This document shows, in pieces, positions 9,295-19,714 of a stretch of DNA of 64,000 bases. Made by a program: the position numbers and the translations under genes. Below the pieces are notes generated by a model, which searched no databases, was not told the origin of the DNA, and was given only the letters and a program-made list of their open reading frames with translations. Where the stretch lies: the NCBI RefSeq assembly GCF_003334385.1, contig NZ_QOWN01000007.1, one strand, 5' to 3'. This DNA is from Escherichia coli (GTDB lineage: Bacteria; Pseudomonadota; Gammaproteobacteria; Enterobacterales; Enterobacteriaceae). Numbering within the stretch: position 1 is the first letter of the stretch; each line of letters begins with the position of its first letter.

Positions 9295-9855
9295 TCATTC
9301 CAGATCAGCGTGTCGGGTAAACATTGTGGCACTGCTTTCACCCAGTTCAGACATCAACTCCAGAACAATTGCATCATAAGTAATAAAGCAGAGTTGCTCA
9401 AAAGCTGAGCCCATTGGTTGTGCGAAAGCGCCTGCAACACGACTGTTATCGTCTTTCACACTTCCTGGTAGTACCAACACAGATTGAGCTAATTTACCGA
9501 TCGTCGAATCTGCTTTCATAGTTACCAGAGCTACGTTTACTCCGCTATCAACTGCTTTTTGTGCCAGACTTTTCAAACTGGTAGTTTCACCACTGCCTGA
9601 CCCAATAATTAATAGATCTCCAGGTTGGGTATGCGGGGATGATATTTCTCCCACAACGCTTACTGAAAAACCTAAATGCAGCAAGCGATTAGCAAAAGCG
9701 CGAATAGCAATGCCACTGCGACCAGCTCCCTGCAAAAAAATATGCCGGGCATTTCTGATTTGCGAAATAAACTGTGCAGCCTGAGCATCGTCAATCTTCA
9801 GCGCATTACTCTCTAATTCATGCAGAATATTAATAGTATTTTCCTGAACACTCAT
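9295..9855 (-). CDS. SIS-domain sugar-phosphate isomerase (6-phospho-3-hexuloisomerase-like)
   Basis: 186-aa translation has SIS-fold hallmarks (GAGRSG, IGSGSGET). Confidence 0.65.
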   Translation of the reverse strand: MSVQENTINILHELESNALKIDDAQAAQFISQIRNARHIFLQGAGRSGIAIRAFANRLLHLGFSVSVVGEISSPHTQPGDLLIIGSGSGETTSLKSLAQKAVDSGVNVALVTMKADSTIGKLAQSVLVLPGSVKDDNSRVAGAFAQPMGSAFEQLCFITYDAIVLELMSELGESSATMFTRHADLE

Positions 9856-9870
9856 TTTTTCTCTCCCTTT

Positions 9871-10623
9871 TTAAGCAATAGTCCGGCCACCATCCATTAA
9901 AATGGTTTGTCCCTGAATATAAGAGTTATCTTTATCTGCCAAAAATATTGCCAGGTTAGCCACATCATCGATAGTCCCCAGACGACGGACGGGTATTTTT
10001 TCCAGGACAGCGTCTAAATCGGCTTGTGTTGGATAGTTGACCCGCATCATCTCTCCGGTGTCTATTAAGCGGGGAGCAATCGCATTGACATTGACGCCTT
10101 TTGGTCCTAACTCTTTTGCCAGCCCACGAATCAATCCTTCGCCTCCCGCTTTACTGGCAGGATAACTGACACCGCCCCCAGTCCCCGAAAGCGCTGATCC
10201 CGATGAGATATAAACAATAGATCCCTTATTTGTCAGGAAATCATCATAAAACGCCTTAACGGTATTAAATAATCCTGATAAGTTAATTGCGATAGTCTTA
10301 TTCCATTCCTCAAAAGAAATATTGTTAACTTTATTGGCAAATGCCACACCGGCATTTAATATCAACACATCAATGCGACCAAAGGTAGCAAATACCTTTT
10401 CCCGAACATCCACTAATGCCTGTGGATCGGAGACATCTGTTTTAATAAACAACGATTTAACATCGCCAAAAGTTAACTCTGCTGCAGTGGCCTTGCCGTT
10501 CTCTTCGTTATAGTCAACAATAACAGTATGTGCACCACGATCAGCAAATTGTTTAGCTATCCCTTTGCCAATACCGTGAGCACCTCCGGTAACTAAAACC
10601 ACTTTACCTGCAAAATTACTCAT
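9871..10623 (-). CDS. Short-chain dehydrogenase/reductase (SDR) family oxidoreductase
   Basis: N-terminal TGGAHGIGKG Rossmann motif and YxxxK-type catalytic region. Confidence 0.75.
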   Translation of the reverse strand: MSNFAGKVVLVTGGAHGIGKGIAKQFADRGAHTVIVDYNEENGKATAAELTFGDVKSLFIKTDVSDPQALVDVREKVFATFGRIDVLILNAGVAFANKVNNISFEEWNKTIAINLSGLFNTVKAFYDDFLTNKGSIVYISSGSALSGTGGGVSYPASKAGGEGLIRGLAKELGPKGVNVNAIAPRLIDTGEMMRVNYPTQADLDAVLEKIPVRRLGTIDDVANLAIFLADKDNSYIQGQTILMDGGRTIA

Positions 10624-10720
10624 TACTTTTCTCCATTAAAGACATTTTTTAGCTGAGGTTTTCCTCCCGATATGAAATCGAAAACCTCACTTAACTGGAT
10701 GTGAAATTTTTAGATTGTGA

Positions 10721-11365
10721 TCACTGAACAGCGATTTTTAATGCCTGATAACTTTCACGAGGCTGTTTGTTAAATAAGGCACCACCAACAACAATAAGGT
10801 CAGCCCCTGCTTCTTTAACTTGTTTTACATTATCAAGATTAACGCCACCATCCACTTCAATTTGAATATCTCTGGCAGATATCATTTTTTTGGTATTACG
10901 GATTTTCTCCAGACTTTTATGAATAAATGTCTGGCCTGGTTGCCCTGGGTTAATTGTCATTAACAATATATAATCAATATCATCTAATAAATATTCGATT
11001 ACAGATTCAGGTGTCCCAGGATTAAGCACAACACCTGCTTTGCGACCCGCCTTTTTGATTTTTTGAATAATATAATGTACATGTGGCGTCGATTCATAAT
11101 GTACAGAAATCATCTCCGCCCCGGTATTGATTACATCATCAATATGTCGCTCAGGATTTGCCAGCATCATGTGTACGTCAAAGATCATCGAACTGGCTTT
11201 TTTCATTGCTGCTATTTGATTTGGGCCAAAGGCAATATTACTGACATAAGTGCCATCCATTAAATCAACGTGCAATATTTCGGTTTGTTCCTCTTCCAGA
11301 AAATGAATTTCATCTTTCAGGCGTAAAATATCCGCGCCAAATATAGAAGGTAATATTTTTGCCAT
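10721..11365 (-). CDS. Ribulose-phosphate 3-epimerase family protein (SgcE/AlsE-like hexulose/pentulose-phosphate 3-epimerase)
   Basis: 214-aa TIM-barrel epimerase-like sequence (HVDLMDG ... DGG). Confidence 0.7.
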   Translation of the reverse strand: MAKILPSIFGADILRLKDEIHFLEEEQTEILHVDLMDGTYVSNIAFGPNQIAAMKKASSMIFDVHMMLANPERHIDDVINTGAEMISVHYESTPHVHYIIQKIKKAGRKAGVVLNPGTPESVIEYLLDDIDYILLMTINPGQPGQTFIHKSLEKIRNTKKMISARDIQIEVDGGVNLDNVKQVKEAGADLIVVGGALFNKQPRESYQALKIAVQ

Positions 11366-11387
11366 GTTAAAACTCCAGAATATTAAA

Positions 11388-12641
11388 TCAATGTAATACG
11401 GTACTCAACCAATAGGTTAAAATTTCCCACGGGCCGGTTAATACAAAATCAGTACCTTGTCCTTGCAAGCCTACACCGGCTCCAGCTAAAAATTGCGTTG
11501 CCCCTGGTGCGACATAACCGCCTAAATACATCACTACAACGCAGAATAACAAGGTCGAGATAATCGAACGAATCACGTTACCGTTGCTCGCCATTACGGT
11601 CATGGTGGTCATATAAATAATTGACATCAATACGCCAATTGGGAAGATCTTAATATCAGGTAATACCAGAGCACATAGCATGGTTAAAGGAATGGTAATG
11701 ACTGTCACGGTGACCGTCGCCGGATCCCCCAACGCTAGTGCACAATCCATACCGATGTTTAATTCAGCATCTTTACCCATCTGTTTTTGCATGATTTCTT
11801 TGGCACTTTTCCCTATTGGGTTAAGACCTTCCATCAGCACACCGACCACTTTAGGTAACAATACCATTACGCCAGCAACCCCCATCGCCATGGGAACAAT
11901 TGTGGTAATTGCCTGTTTCGTTAAAACTCCGAGTAATGCGCCAACGATAACACCGATAATTGCAGGTTCACCAAAGACACCCAGGCGTTTTTGCACACTG
12001 TTTAAGTCAACATCTAACTTATTTAACCCTGGGATGTAATCAATGATTTTATTTACTACCCAGGCGAACGGTAGAGTCCAGCCGATATGAATCATCGTGG
12101 TACAGGTCGTTCCCTCGAGTCCATAATATTTTTGCCATCTGGGCGCAATCAAATCGCCAATAAACAGAGCCGCAATACTCAAAGCCACCGCGACAGAGAA
12201 GCCGATGATAAAACTGTCGAACACAAAATATGCCAGAGCACCCGGAACTAAAAAATGCATATAGTTCCAGATATCAACATTTAACGTTTTGGTTAATTTC
12301 AGACGCACCAGAATCAGGTTAAGTACGATGCCAACTGGTATCACCAATGCGGCGAAAGGTGCCACCCATGCAGCAGCACCGACTGCAGGCCAACCAATAT
12401 CTGCTACCGTAAAGCCACTACCTACTTTTGAGTAATACTCAATAGCTGGCTGTAATGAACTATTTAATAAACCAACAACCAGACCTAAACCAATAAAACC
12501 AATACCGACTGTGATGCCCGACTTGATCGCGGCACCGGGTTTCATTCTGAACACCAGACCTAAAATAAATATCACCAGCGGCAGTATTGCAGTTGCCCCC
12601 ATTCCGGTGATTGTTTCCATTAAATTTTTCAACATTTCCAT
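11388..12641 (-). CDS. PTS EIIC component, galactitol (GatC/SgcC) family
   Basis: 417-aa polytopic membrane protein with GatC-like sequence. Confidence 0.75.
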   Translation of the reverse strand: MEMLKNLMETITGMGATAILPLVIFILGLVFRMKPGAAIKSGITVGIGFIGLGLVVGLLNSSLQPAIEYYSKVGSGFTVADIGWPAVGAAAWVAPFAALVIPVGIVLNLILVRLKLTKTLNVDIWNYMHFLVPGALAYFVFDSFIIGFSVAVALSIAALFIGDLIAPRWQKYYGLEGTTCTTMIHIGWTLPFAWVVNKIIDYIPGLNKLDVDLNSVQKRLGVFGEPAIIGVIVGALLGVLTKQAITTIVPMAMGVAGVMVLLPKVVGVLMEGLNPIGKSAKEIMQKQMGKDAELNIGMDCALALGDPATVTVTVITIPLTMLCALVLPDIKIFPIGVLMSIIYMTTMTVMASNGNVIRSIISTLLFCVVVMYLGGYVAPGATQFLAGAGVGLQGQGTDFVLTGPWEILTYWLSTVLH

Positions 12642-12661
12642 TTTTATTATTCCTGTCAGGT

Positions 12662-12955
12662 TTAGCTATTTGCTAATTCAGTTAATAACTCTCCTAATTT
12701 CTTGCGTAATGCTCCTTCATTAATGCCCGTTACAAAACCTGCAACGCTCATATGTGGTTTCCCAATATCACCTTTATAGTTATTAGTTGTGAGTACAATA
12801 TCTGCATGAGCCATCTCAGAAGAAAGTTCAGCCATACTGCATTTGTTGATTTTAAATGCCGTAATACCATATTCAGCACATACTGACTTCACTTCATCAG
12901 CAGCAAGCGTAGAGGTAGCGACACCGCTACCACAAGCAACAAGAATATTAATCAT
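12662..12955 (-). CDS. PTS EIIB component, galactitol family (active-site Cys in VACGSG)
   Basis: 97-aa GatB-like sequence. Confidence 0.7.
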   Translation of the reverse strand: MINILVACGSGVATSTLAADEVKSVCAEYGITAFKINKCSMAELSSEMAHADIVLTTNNYKGDIGKPHMSVAGFVTGINEGALRKKLGELLTELANS

Positions 12956-12973
12956 AATAAACTCCAGTTTTTA

Positions 12974-13417
12974 CTATTGGATTATTTTGGATACAAAAAG
13001 TGCTTTTGCATCATCGACGGGAAGTGTCAGTAAGTTTTGGTAAAATTCTTCATTTTGGAGATGGTTAAATAATGGCTTTAACAATCGAAGCTGGTCAGCA
13101 GGATCCGTAACAATAAGATTAACGACGAGTCTGACCCACAATATTCCATCTTCATCAGCCCTGTTCACAGGTATTGCGTCTGGCAGACGGATGATATAAA
13201 TAGCAGGTTGATTCGCATGTTCACTATCACAGTGTGGTATAGCGATAGAATAACCTTCCAGTTCTATTCCTGTCGGATATTCCGCTTCGCGTTTACGCAT
13301 AGCATTGAGCCAGCTCTCTTTCACCGTATTCGTTGTACGGTGCGTGTTAAAAATATGCTCAAGCACGGCATCGTAATTCTGCAGTCCCGCACCATCGGCA
13401 ACACTGATCGATATCAT
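12974..13417 (-). CDS. PTS EIIA component (mannitol/fructose-type EIIA, SgcA-like)
   Basis: 147-aa EIIA-like sequence with GYSIAIPH motif. Confidence 0.7.
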   Translation of the reverse strand: MISISVADGAGLQNYDAVLEHIFNTHRTTNTVKESWLNAMRKREAEYPTGIELEGYSIAIPHCDSEHANQPAIYIIRLPDAIPVNRADEDGILWVRLVVNLIVTDPADQLRLLKPLFNHLQNEEFYQNLLTLPVDDAKALFVSKIIQ

Positions 13418-13744
13418 ATCCTTTCCCCCTCACCCAAAAATGCTCACATGAGCATTGAGCAATATTCATATGAGCAGTTATAGCACAACGATCCTGTGGA
13501 TAAATAACGAGATCTGAGAAATTAAATCCAGATCACAAAAAAGCACATAATGGCGTCAGTATTTATGCTCATATGAGCAAATCGTGATTTCTTCGCAAAA
13601 AAGTAACTGAAACTGGCAATAGGCAGAGGATGTATTCAATAGAGGGCGCTAAGCAAGCATCGCCATGGATGCTCACTTGATAATTGGGAAATGATTACAT
13701 TTGGCAAAGCTGATTCGAAGGGAGAAGGCGTGTCGTAGTGAGTT

Positions 13745-14500
13745 CTAACAGGTTATTACTGACGTGTATTTTGCGACTTCGGCAATCCCCTCTTTGTCGG
13801 CATGATCGTTGGTTATAAGTGCGGTGATCTCCGACCAGTCGCAGATCTTAAATAAACTGCTGCGCTCAAACTTGGTGTAATCACCGAGGATATATTTTTT
13901 GTCTGAGTGCGAAATTATCGTACGATCCAAAAACGCATCAGAAGAAGAAGGCGTCGATGGACCAGTCATGTTACTAAAGCCGTCGGTTCCAATAAAACAG
14001 AGATCAACATGTATATCGTTGATCATAGATACCGCCCACCCCCCAAACACTGAGGAACTCTTTCTACGCAGTTCGCCGCCAAAGAGAAAAACCTGGTTGT
14101 CAGATTCAATCAACACACTGGCAACGGGGAGCGAATCTGTGAAGATTTTAAACCCAGACTTCATACATAACAGGTTAGCCAGCTCAAAAGTGGTACTGCC
14201 CGTACCGATAATCATCGAACTATTAGGCGGAATGAAATCAAGCGCTTTACGAGCTATCGCCTTCTTATAAGAGTTATTTTCTTTTTCCCTGACCTGAAAG
14301 GGATGCTCTATAGCCCTTTGCTTTAAAGTCGCCCCACCATGGCTTTTGATCAGCAGCCCTTTTTGTTCAAGATGGGTCAAATCTTTCCTGATGGTCTCAT
14401 ACGTTACTTCATACTTTCGTGCAAGATCACTGACATAGACCGTACCTGCCGACATTAAGTCTTCAAGTATTAACTTTCGCCTTTCATCAACCAGATACAT
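13745..14500 (-). CDS. DeoR-family transcriptional regulator (GatR/SgcR-like)
   Basis: N-terminal DeoR HTH and C-terminal sugar-phosphate-binding domain. Confidence 0.75.
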   Translation of the reverse strand: MYLVDERRKLILEDLMSAGTVYVSDLARKYEVTYETIRKDLTHLEQKGLLIKSHGGATLKQRAIEHPFQVREKENNSYKKAIARKALDFIPPNSSMIIGTGSTTFELANLLCMKSGFKIFTDSLPVASVLIESDNQVFLFGGELRRKSSSVFGGWAVSMINDIHVDLCFIGTDGFSNMTGPSTPSSSDAFLDRTIISHSDKKYILGDYTKFERSSLFKICDWSEITALITNDHADKEGIAEVAKYTSVITC

Positions 14501-14692
14501 CCTTCCTCCTGAAATCTATTACCCATCTTAGAAAACGCCAAGCATAGCACAGATGATACAAACAAAAACAAACACTAACAGTGGAAAGTACAAATAAACC
14601 CAATAAAGACAATAGTTCAAAAACCATATATACGATTGATAATAAATGAGTTTTTATTATTCATTACAACGCCACTGTACAATCCCAATTTG

Positions 14693-14797
14693 TCTCAATT
14701 GGCTTATTTTATTTTTTATTTGTTTTTATTGGTTTTTAATTTCATAAAAATCAATTAGTTATAAATTTTGTGATTCAGATCTCAATTGGAAACCAAT
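14693..14797. promoter_or_regulatory. AT-rich divergent control region with a direct 10-mer repeat TCTCAATTGG (14693-14702 and 14780-14789) and palindrome ATTGG-AAA-CCAAT (14785-14797); candidate operators
   Basis: Repeats read from sequence in the gap between the DeoR regulator and the divergent PTS cassette. Confidence 0.3.
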
Positions 14798-14848
14798 ATT
14801 TACCAACAGCATACTTGGCTTTAGTTACTTAACGACAGGCAAAATGAA

Positions 14849-15385
14849 ATGAAAACAAAGATTGCTATCGCAAGCGATGATGTAGGTTTTGCACGTAAAG
14901 AGGAGATCAAAAAATACCTCATAGAAGAGAAAAACATGGAGATCGTGTACGATCCCGTCACATGTAAGGAACAAGGTGTCAATAACTTCGCGCGTCTGGC
15001 CGACGAAATGGCAGGCATTATTCAACGCGATGAGTGCCGTCTGGGAATTTACATTTGTGGGACTGGCATTGGCTTTACTTGTCAGATCAACAAACACTGG
15101 GGCATAAGAGCCGTTGCGGTTACTAACCCCTACTCCGCAAAGCGGGCGCGACTCAGCAATAACGCACAAGTTATTGGACTGGGTTGCCGGGTCAACGATC
15201 TCGAATACAGCAAAATGATTGTCGATGCATGGTTGGATAACCCATTCGACTTCACCACCGCCAGAGAAAATTCTAAAAAGAACTTGCTAGAAGCTGAACG
15301 TAACGATAATGCATTGCTGGTTAAGCCCGCTGATGTACGCTGGAATATGGGTTTCCGACCAGATGATGAAAAATCTGAGGGTTAA
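14849..15385 (+). CDS. RpiB/LacAB-family sugar-phosphate isomerase
   Basis: 178-aa translation resembles the ribose-5-P isomerase B / galactose-6-P isomerase family. Confidence 0.6.
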   Translation: MKTKIAIASDDVGFARKEEIKKYLIEEKNMEIVYDPVTCKEQGVNNFARLADEMAGIIQRDECRLGIYICGTGIGFTCQINKHWGIRAVAVTNPYSAKRARLSNNAQVIGLGCRVNDLEYSKMIVDAWLDNPFDFTTARENSKKNLLEAERNDNALLVKPADVRWNMGFRPDDEKSEG

Positions 15386-15388
15386 TGT

Positions 15389-16759
15389 ATGGAACTGATC
15401 ACGCAATTTATAAACGATCTGGGAAATTTTATATTTATCCCGGTCATCTTCCTGATACTGATGAAGATACTTGGCCGTCCTCTTTCAGAATGTATCTCGT
15501 CTGCCATCAAAGTCGGCATTGGTTTCATTGCGCTAACCATGACCATCAAACTGATGCTGGAAAAAATGCAACCGGCAGTCACTGGATTAGCAGAAGCAAC
15601 AGGTTCCTCGCTCAGTGCCATCGATGTTGGTGGCGCAGCAACTGCGGTTATGGGATTTGGCTCCAGCATGGGCGCTATCATTATTCCCCTCTGTGTTGCG
15701 GTAAATATTGCAATGCTGGTCGCCCGTCTGACTGACTGTGTTAACGTTGATGTTTTCAACCTTCATCAAAATGCGTCAATGGGGGCAATTGTTGGCGTCT
15801 ATTCTGGTAGCTTCCTGTATGGCGCATTGACCGCCGCGCTATTCCATGTATGGGCGCTGATCGCTGCCGATCTTGGTGCTAAAAATAACGAAAAATTCTT
15901 TAACCTGCCAAAAGGTGTTGCGATCTGTCACCCGGTTGCCAATACCTACTTACTTTTCGCTTATCCATTCAACTGGATTTATGATCGCATCCCAGGCTTC
16001 CGTAATCTGAATGTGACCGCCGAAACTATTCAAAAACGGTTTGGCATTCTCGGCGATCCAACTATGGTTGGTTTTATTATTGGTATTTTGTTGGGCTTTT
16101 GTGGTTATGGCTGGAAATCCCCATACCACACCATAATCGCCAGCCTACAGTTAGGGATGTATCTTGCTGCAGTCATGCTTCTGTTGCCACGTATGACCTC
16201 TATCATGATGGAAGGGCTTGTTCCGCTTTCCAACGTAGCACGCAAAAAACTGGTCAAACGTTTCCCGGATCGTCAAATCACTGTTGGTATGGACACTGCT
16301 CTGATTGTGGGCCATCCATCAGTTATCGCCCCTGCATTATTGCTGATCCCGGTGATTGTGATCCTCGCCGTGATCTTGCCCGGCAACCGCGTTATGCCAC
16401 TGGGTGATCTCTCTCAGTTTGTGTTTTTCATTGCCTGCATGGTACCTGTTTTCAATGGCAACATTATTCGCACCTGGGTGACCTCGATCATTTTGTTTGG
16501 TGGTGGTTTGTATATTGCATCATGGATGGCACCGGCTACCAACGAAGTCTTCCAGAAGTTTGGTACAAACCCGGATGCCAGCGTGATGTACTCTTCGCTT
16601 AACCCGTCAGCGAATCCATTTACTGGTCTGTTTGCCGCCCTGAGCCATGTTGGAATCATTGGCTATGTGATGGCAGGTATCCTTTTGTTATCTATTGGAT
16701 ACTTAATTAAACAAAAATCACGTCGCCAGATTGAAACGGATTTGGAAAAAGCGCTTTAA
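15389..16759 (+). CDS. PTS EIIC component, galactitol family (second cassette)
   Basis: 456-aa polytopic membrane protein paralogous to the 11388-12641 product. Confidence 0.75.
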   Translation: MELITQFINDLGNFIFIPVIFLILMKILGRPLSECISSAIKVGIGFIALTMTIKLMLEKMQPAVTGLAEATGSSLSAIDVGGAATAVMGFGSSMGAIIIPLCVAVNIAMLVARLTDCVNVDVFNLHQNASMGAIVGVYSGSFLYGALTAALFHVWALIAADLGAKNNEKFFNLPKGVAICHPVANTYLLFAYPFNWIYDRIPGFRNLNVTAETIQKRFGILGDPTMVGFIIGILLGFCGYGWKSPYHTIIASLQLGMYLAAVMLLLPRMTSIMMEGLVPLSNVARKKLVKRFPDRQITVGMDTALIVGHPSVIAPALLLIPVIVILAVILPGNRVMPLGDLSQFVFFIACMVPVFNGNIIRTWVTSIILFGGGLYIASWMAPATNEVFQKFGTNPDASVMYSSLNPSANPFTGLFAALSHVGIIGYVMAGILLLSIGYLIKQKSRRQIETDLEKAL

Positions 16760-16782
16760 ATCTTTTACAGAGGAATAATCAA

Positions 16783-17067
16783 ATGAAAAAAATCTTAGTA
16801 GCTTGCGGAAACGGAATTGCCTCATCTTCCATCATGGTCTCTGTACTGCAGGACTTCCTGAAAGAAGAGAAAATTGAAGCGCAAGTCGATAAATCTTCGT
16901 TAATGGCATGCACCAGCGATACCTTCAACAGCTATGACCTGGTGGTTTCATCAACCAAACTCGATAACCCGGCCATTACTACTCGTGTCATCGTTGGCGC
17001 TGGATTACTGACTGGTCTGGGCGAAGATGAGATTTTCGCTGCAGTTAAAGAAGAGATGTTGAAATAA
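16783..17067 (+). CDS. PTS EIIB component (VACGNG active site)
   Basis: 94-aa GatB-like sequence. Confidence 0.7.
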   Translation: MKKILVACGNGIASSSIMVSVLQDFLKEEKIEAQVDKSSLMACTSDTFNSYDLVVSSTKLDNPAITTRVIVGAGLLTGLGEDEIFAAVKEEMLK

Positions 17068-17077
17068 CAGGTGTGCA

Positions 17078-17536
17078 ATGAAATTTGAAATTCTGGTGAA
17101 TGATGTTGATAACAGCATCAGTGACTATCAAACGGCGATCACCTTTGCTGGTACGCAATTATTGGAAAAAGGCTACATCACTGCAGAATACATTGACGCC
17201 TGCCTGGAACGTGAAAAAAGCTATCCGACAGGACTAATGATGGCAAACGGTCAGGGTATCGCCATTCCCCATGCCGATTACACGCTGGTAAATGTAAACA
17301 GTATCAGTATTGTTCGTTTCGCCAATGATGTCACTTTCGGACAGATGGAAGATGCTGATTTAACAGTTGATTGTAGCATTATGTTTAACCTGGCATTTGC
17401 CACCAGTGATCAACATATGTCGATATTGCGTCGTTTATTCACACTGTTTCAGGATAACGCCTTTGTTGAGACTTGCCGCAATTTACCTGCAACGCGCGTG
17501 GCTAAATATGTAGAGGATACGCTCGCAGCGTCCTGA
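17078..17536 (+). CDS. PTS EIIA component (GIAIPHAD active-site His)
   Basis: 152-aa EIIA-like sequence. Confidence 0.7.
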   Translation: MKFEILVNDVDNSISDYQTAITFAGTQLLEKGYITAEYIDACLEREKSYPTGLMMANGQGIAIPHADYTLVNVNSISIVRFANDVTFGQMEDADLTVDCSIMFNLAFATSDQHMSILRRLFTLFQDNAFVETCRNLPATRVAKYVEDTLAAS

Positions 17537-17587
17537 AATTAAAAGGGCAGAATCAGCGGTACTGCCCTTTCTTCACTGATATGGCTA

Positions 17588-18565
17588 TTAATCCAGAAGT
17601 TTAATGGCCGTATCAAAATCAGTAATTAAGACATTTAAAAGTCCAGATTTCAGCGAAGCAAGAATGCCTTCATATTTTTCTTCTCCTCCAGCGACACCAA
17701 TCACTTTTTTGGCTTTTTGTAGTTGATCCGTCGAAATGCCAAATCCCAGACGTTCAATAGGACTATGAAGAATCTTCCCTTCCCTGCTGACCAACGAGAT
17801 ACACACATCCGCAGCGATATCTTGTTGAAACAAAGCTTCGCACCAGGTATCCGGAAATATTTTACACAAGCTTGAAGAACCTGATTTCCAGTCACCTATC
17901 CCGGTGATAACCACATCCAACTGTGAGTAATATTGCTGTGTATCTAATACCGCAGGATCACCTGCCAGTCTGGCAGCAAGCTCTTCGTCATCGACCCACA
18001 TCGGCACGTACATTGGGTGCGCTTTTCCCTGCGAAATGGCAGCGATCTTATGAATAAGATCTATTGGCCCCTGACTAAACTCGATCCCCGGATGTACGCC
18101 AGATAACTGCACAACGTCTAAAGGAGGCAACTTGCTCAACTTACTGACCGTGCTTGATAATACACGTCCCCAGGCGATCCCCACTTTCATATCTTCATGA
18201 AGAGATTGCATAAGATATTCAGCGGTGACTTCACCCAATTTGTGATTGAGTTCTTCTTGCGTCGTCCAGGATTCAGCAACTGAAAGAACAATTGCATCTT
18301 CCAGATGAAATTTTTTCCGTAGATTATTAGCGATTTCTTCATCCATCGCTTGCTGCTTAGGGAAGATAAACCTCACGTATTCCTGTTCGATCGCCTCATC
18401 GATCAATCTGGCAACTTTAAAGCGGGAAACGCCAAGCTCCTCTGCAATCTCAATCTTGGTTTTCATATCCGCAAAATAACGTCTGACCACGAGCGAGTAT
18501 ATGTAGCGAGGATCGTAACCCTGCCAGCGGCTGTTTTTTTTCTGTTTCGTCATTCTCTTTTCCAT
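17588..18565 (-). CDS. SorC/DeoR-type sugar-binding transcriptional regulator
   Basis: 325-aa protein with N-terminal HTH and SorC-like effector domain. Confidence 0.65.
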   Translation of the reverse strand: MEKRMTKQKKNSRWQGYDPRYIYSLVVRRYFADMKTKIEIAEELGVSRFKVARLIDEAIEQEYVRFIFPKQQAMDEEIANNLRKKFHLEDAIVLSVAESWTTQEELNHKLGEVTAEYLMQSLHEDMKVGIAWGRVLSSTVSKLSKLPPLDVVQLSGVHPGIEFSQGPIDLIHKIAAISQGKAHPMYVPMWVDDEELAARLAGDPAVLDTQQYYSQLDVVITGIGDWKSGSSSLCKIFPDTWCEALFQQDIAADVCISLVSREGKILHSPIERLGFGISTDQLQKAKKVIGVAGGEEKYEGILASLKSGLLNVLITDFDTAIKLLD

Positions 18566-18726
18566 TGATCATGTCATCAGCAAACATGTATAAATCAGAA
18601 GAGTATAACGATTATGCTCATAAGAGATGCGCATATGAGAAGAAAATTATCATTTGTATGATTCGAAACAACCTGTTCTGCATGACGTAATGCTTACACA
18701 GACCGAAAAACCAGACGTTTTGAATG

Positions 18727-19653
18727 TCAAAATCCGTTACGGTTGATATTCACAGGCATTCCCGTTCGTCGTTGCAACGCAGCATTTGCGCGATTCACAT
18801 CAACTTCTTGACCGTTGATAAACGCCCGCAAAGATGGGGTTACCGGCAATGGCACTTTTCGGTCAGACTCATATTCTGCACGATTGCGCGACAACGGCTC
18901 ATGAACTTCCAGCCAGTTCGAGCCATCTGGTTCAGTGGTGTATTTTACTGGCTGGTCGATAATTTGCACACGCGTCCCAACAGGAACATTATCAAACAGA
19001 TATTTGATATCGTCATTGCGCAGACGAATACAGCCCTGACTTACCCGGAGCCCAATACCAAAATTGGCATTGGTACCATGGATGGCATACAACCTGCCAA
19101 TATAAATCGCGTACAGCCCCATGGGATTATCGGGGCCCGCAGGAACAAATGCGGGCAAACTCTCCCCTCGTTTCGCATATTCGCGCCGAGTGTTCGGCGT
19201 TGGCGTCCAGGTTGGAGCTTCTTGTTTACGTTCAACGGTAGTCACCCAGTTACGCGGGGTTTCTCGCCCAGCCTGGCCGATACCAATAGGAAAGACTTCC
19301 ACAGTATTACTGTCTGGTGGGTAGTAATAAAGACGCATCTCAGCGACGTTAACCACAATCCCTTTACGAACAGTGGCGGGCAAAATCAGTTGCTGCGGAA
19401 TGGTGAGTTGCGAGCCAGACTTCGGCAAAAAAACATCAGCGCCCGGGTTCGCTTCCAGCATGTTACTTAACCCTTGCCCGTATTGTGCGGCAAAAGTCTC
19501 CAGCGGCTGGGTATTGTGATCAGGAACAGTTACAGTAAACGACTGCCCCACTAAACGGCTACCCTCTGGAGGTAATGGATAAGTTACAGCCAGGCTAGTA
19601 TGGCTGGCAAAAAGCAGAGCAAATGAGCAAAAAATATTTACACGACGCATCAT
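18727..19653 (-). CDS. ldtA: L,D-transpeptidase LdtA (ErfK)
   Basis: Signal peptide plus YkuD domain; matches recalled E. coli ErfK; lies beside cobT as in K-12. Confidence 0.85.
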   Translation of the reverse strand: MMRRVNIFCSFALLFASHTSLAVTYPLPPEGSRLVGQSFTVTVPDHNTQPLETFAAQYGQGLSNMLEANPGADVFLPKSGSQLTIPQQLILPATVRKGIVVNVAEMRLYYYPPDSNTVEVFPIGIGQAGRETPRNWVTTVERKQEAPTWTPTPNTRREYAKRGESLPAFVPAGPDNPMGLYAIYIGRLYAIHGTNANFGIGLRVSQGCIRLRNDDIKYLFDNVPVGTRVQIIDQPVKYTTEPDGSNWLEVHEPLSRNRAEYESDRKVPLPVTPSLRAFINGQEVDVNRANAALQRRTGMPVNINRNGF

Positions 19654-19714
19654 GTCCCTTTCCTAAGTCGCGAAAGCTATCCGTTAAGTATAGCTTTTAT
19701 CAGACTTTTCGTTT

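Noticed and set aside
9049-9379. Small ORFs (64 and 93 aa) in the intergenic region between the novel operon and the PTS operon
   Set aside because: They overlap the tRNA-Asn repeat and the bidirectional terminator, have no RBS or recognisable sequence, and are most likely non-coding.
18724-19470. 248-aa plus-strand ORF
   Set aside because: It lies entirely antisense within ldtA, which has a convincing signal peptide and YkuD domain.
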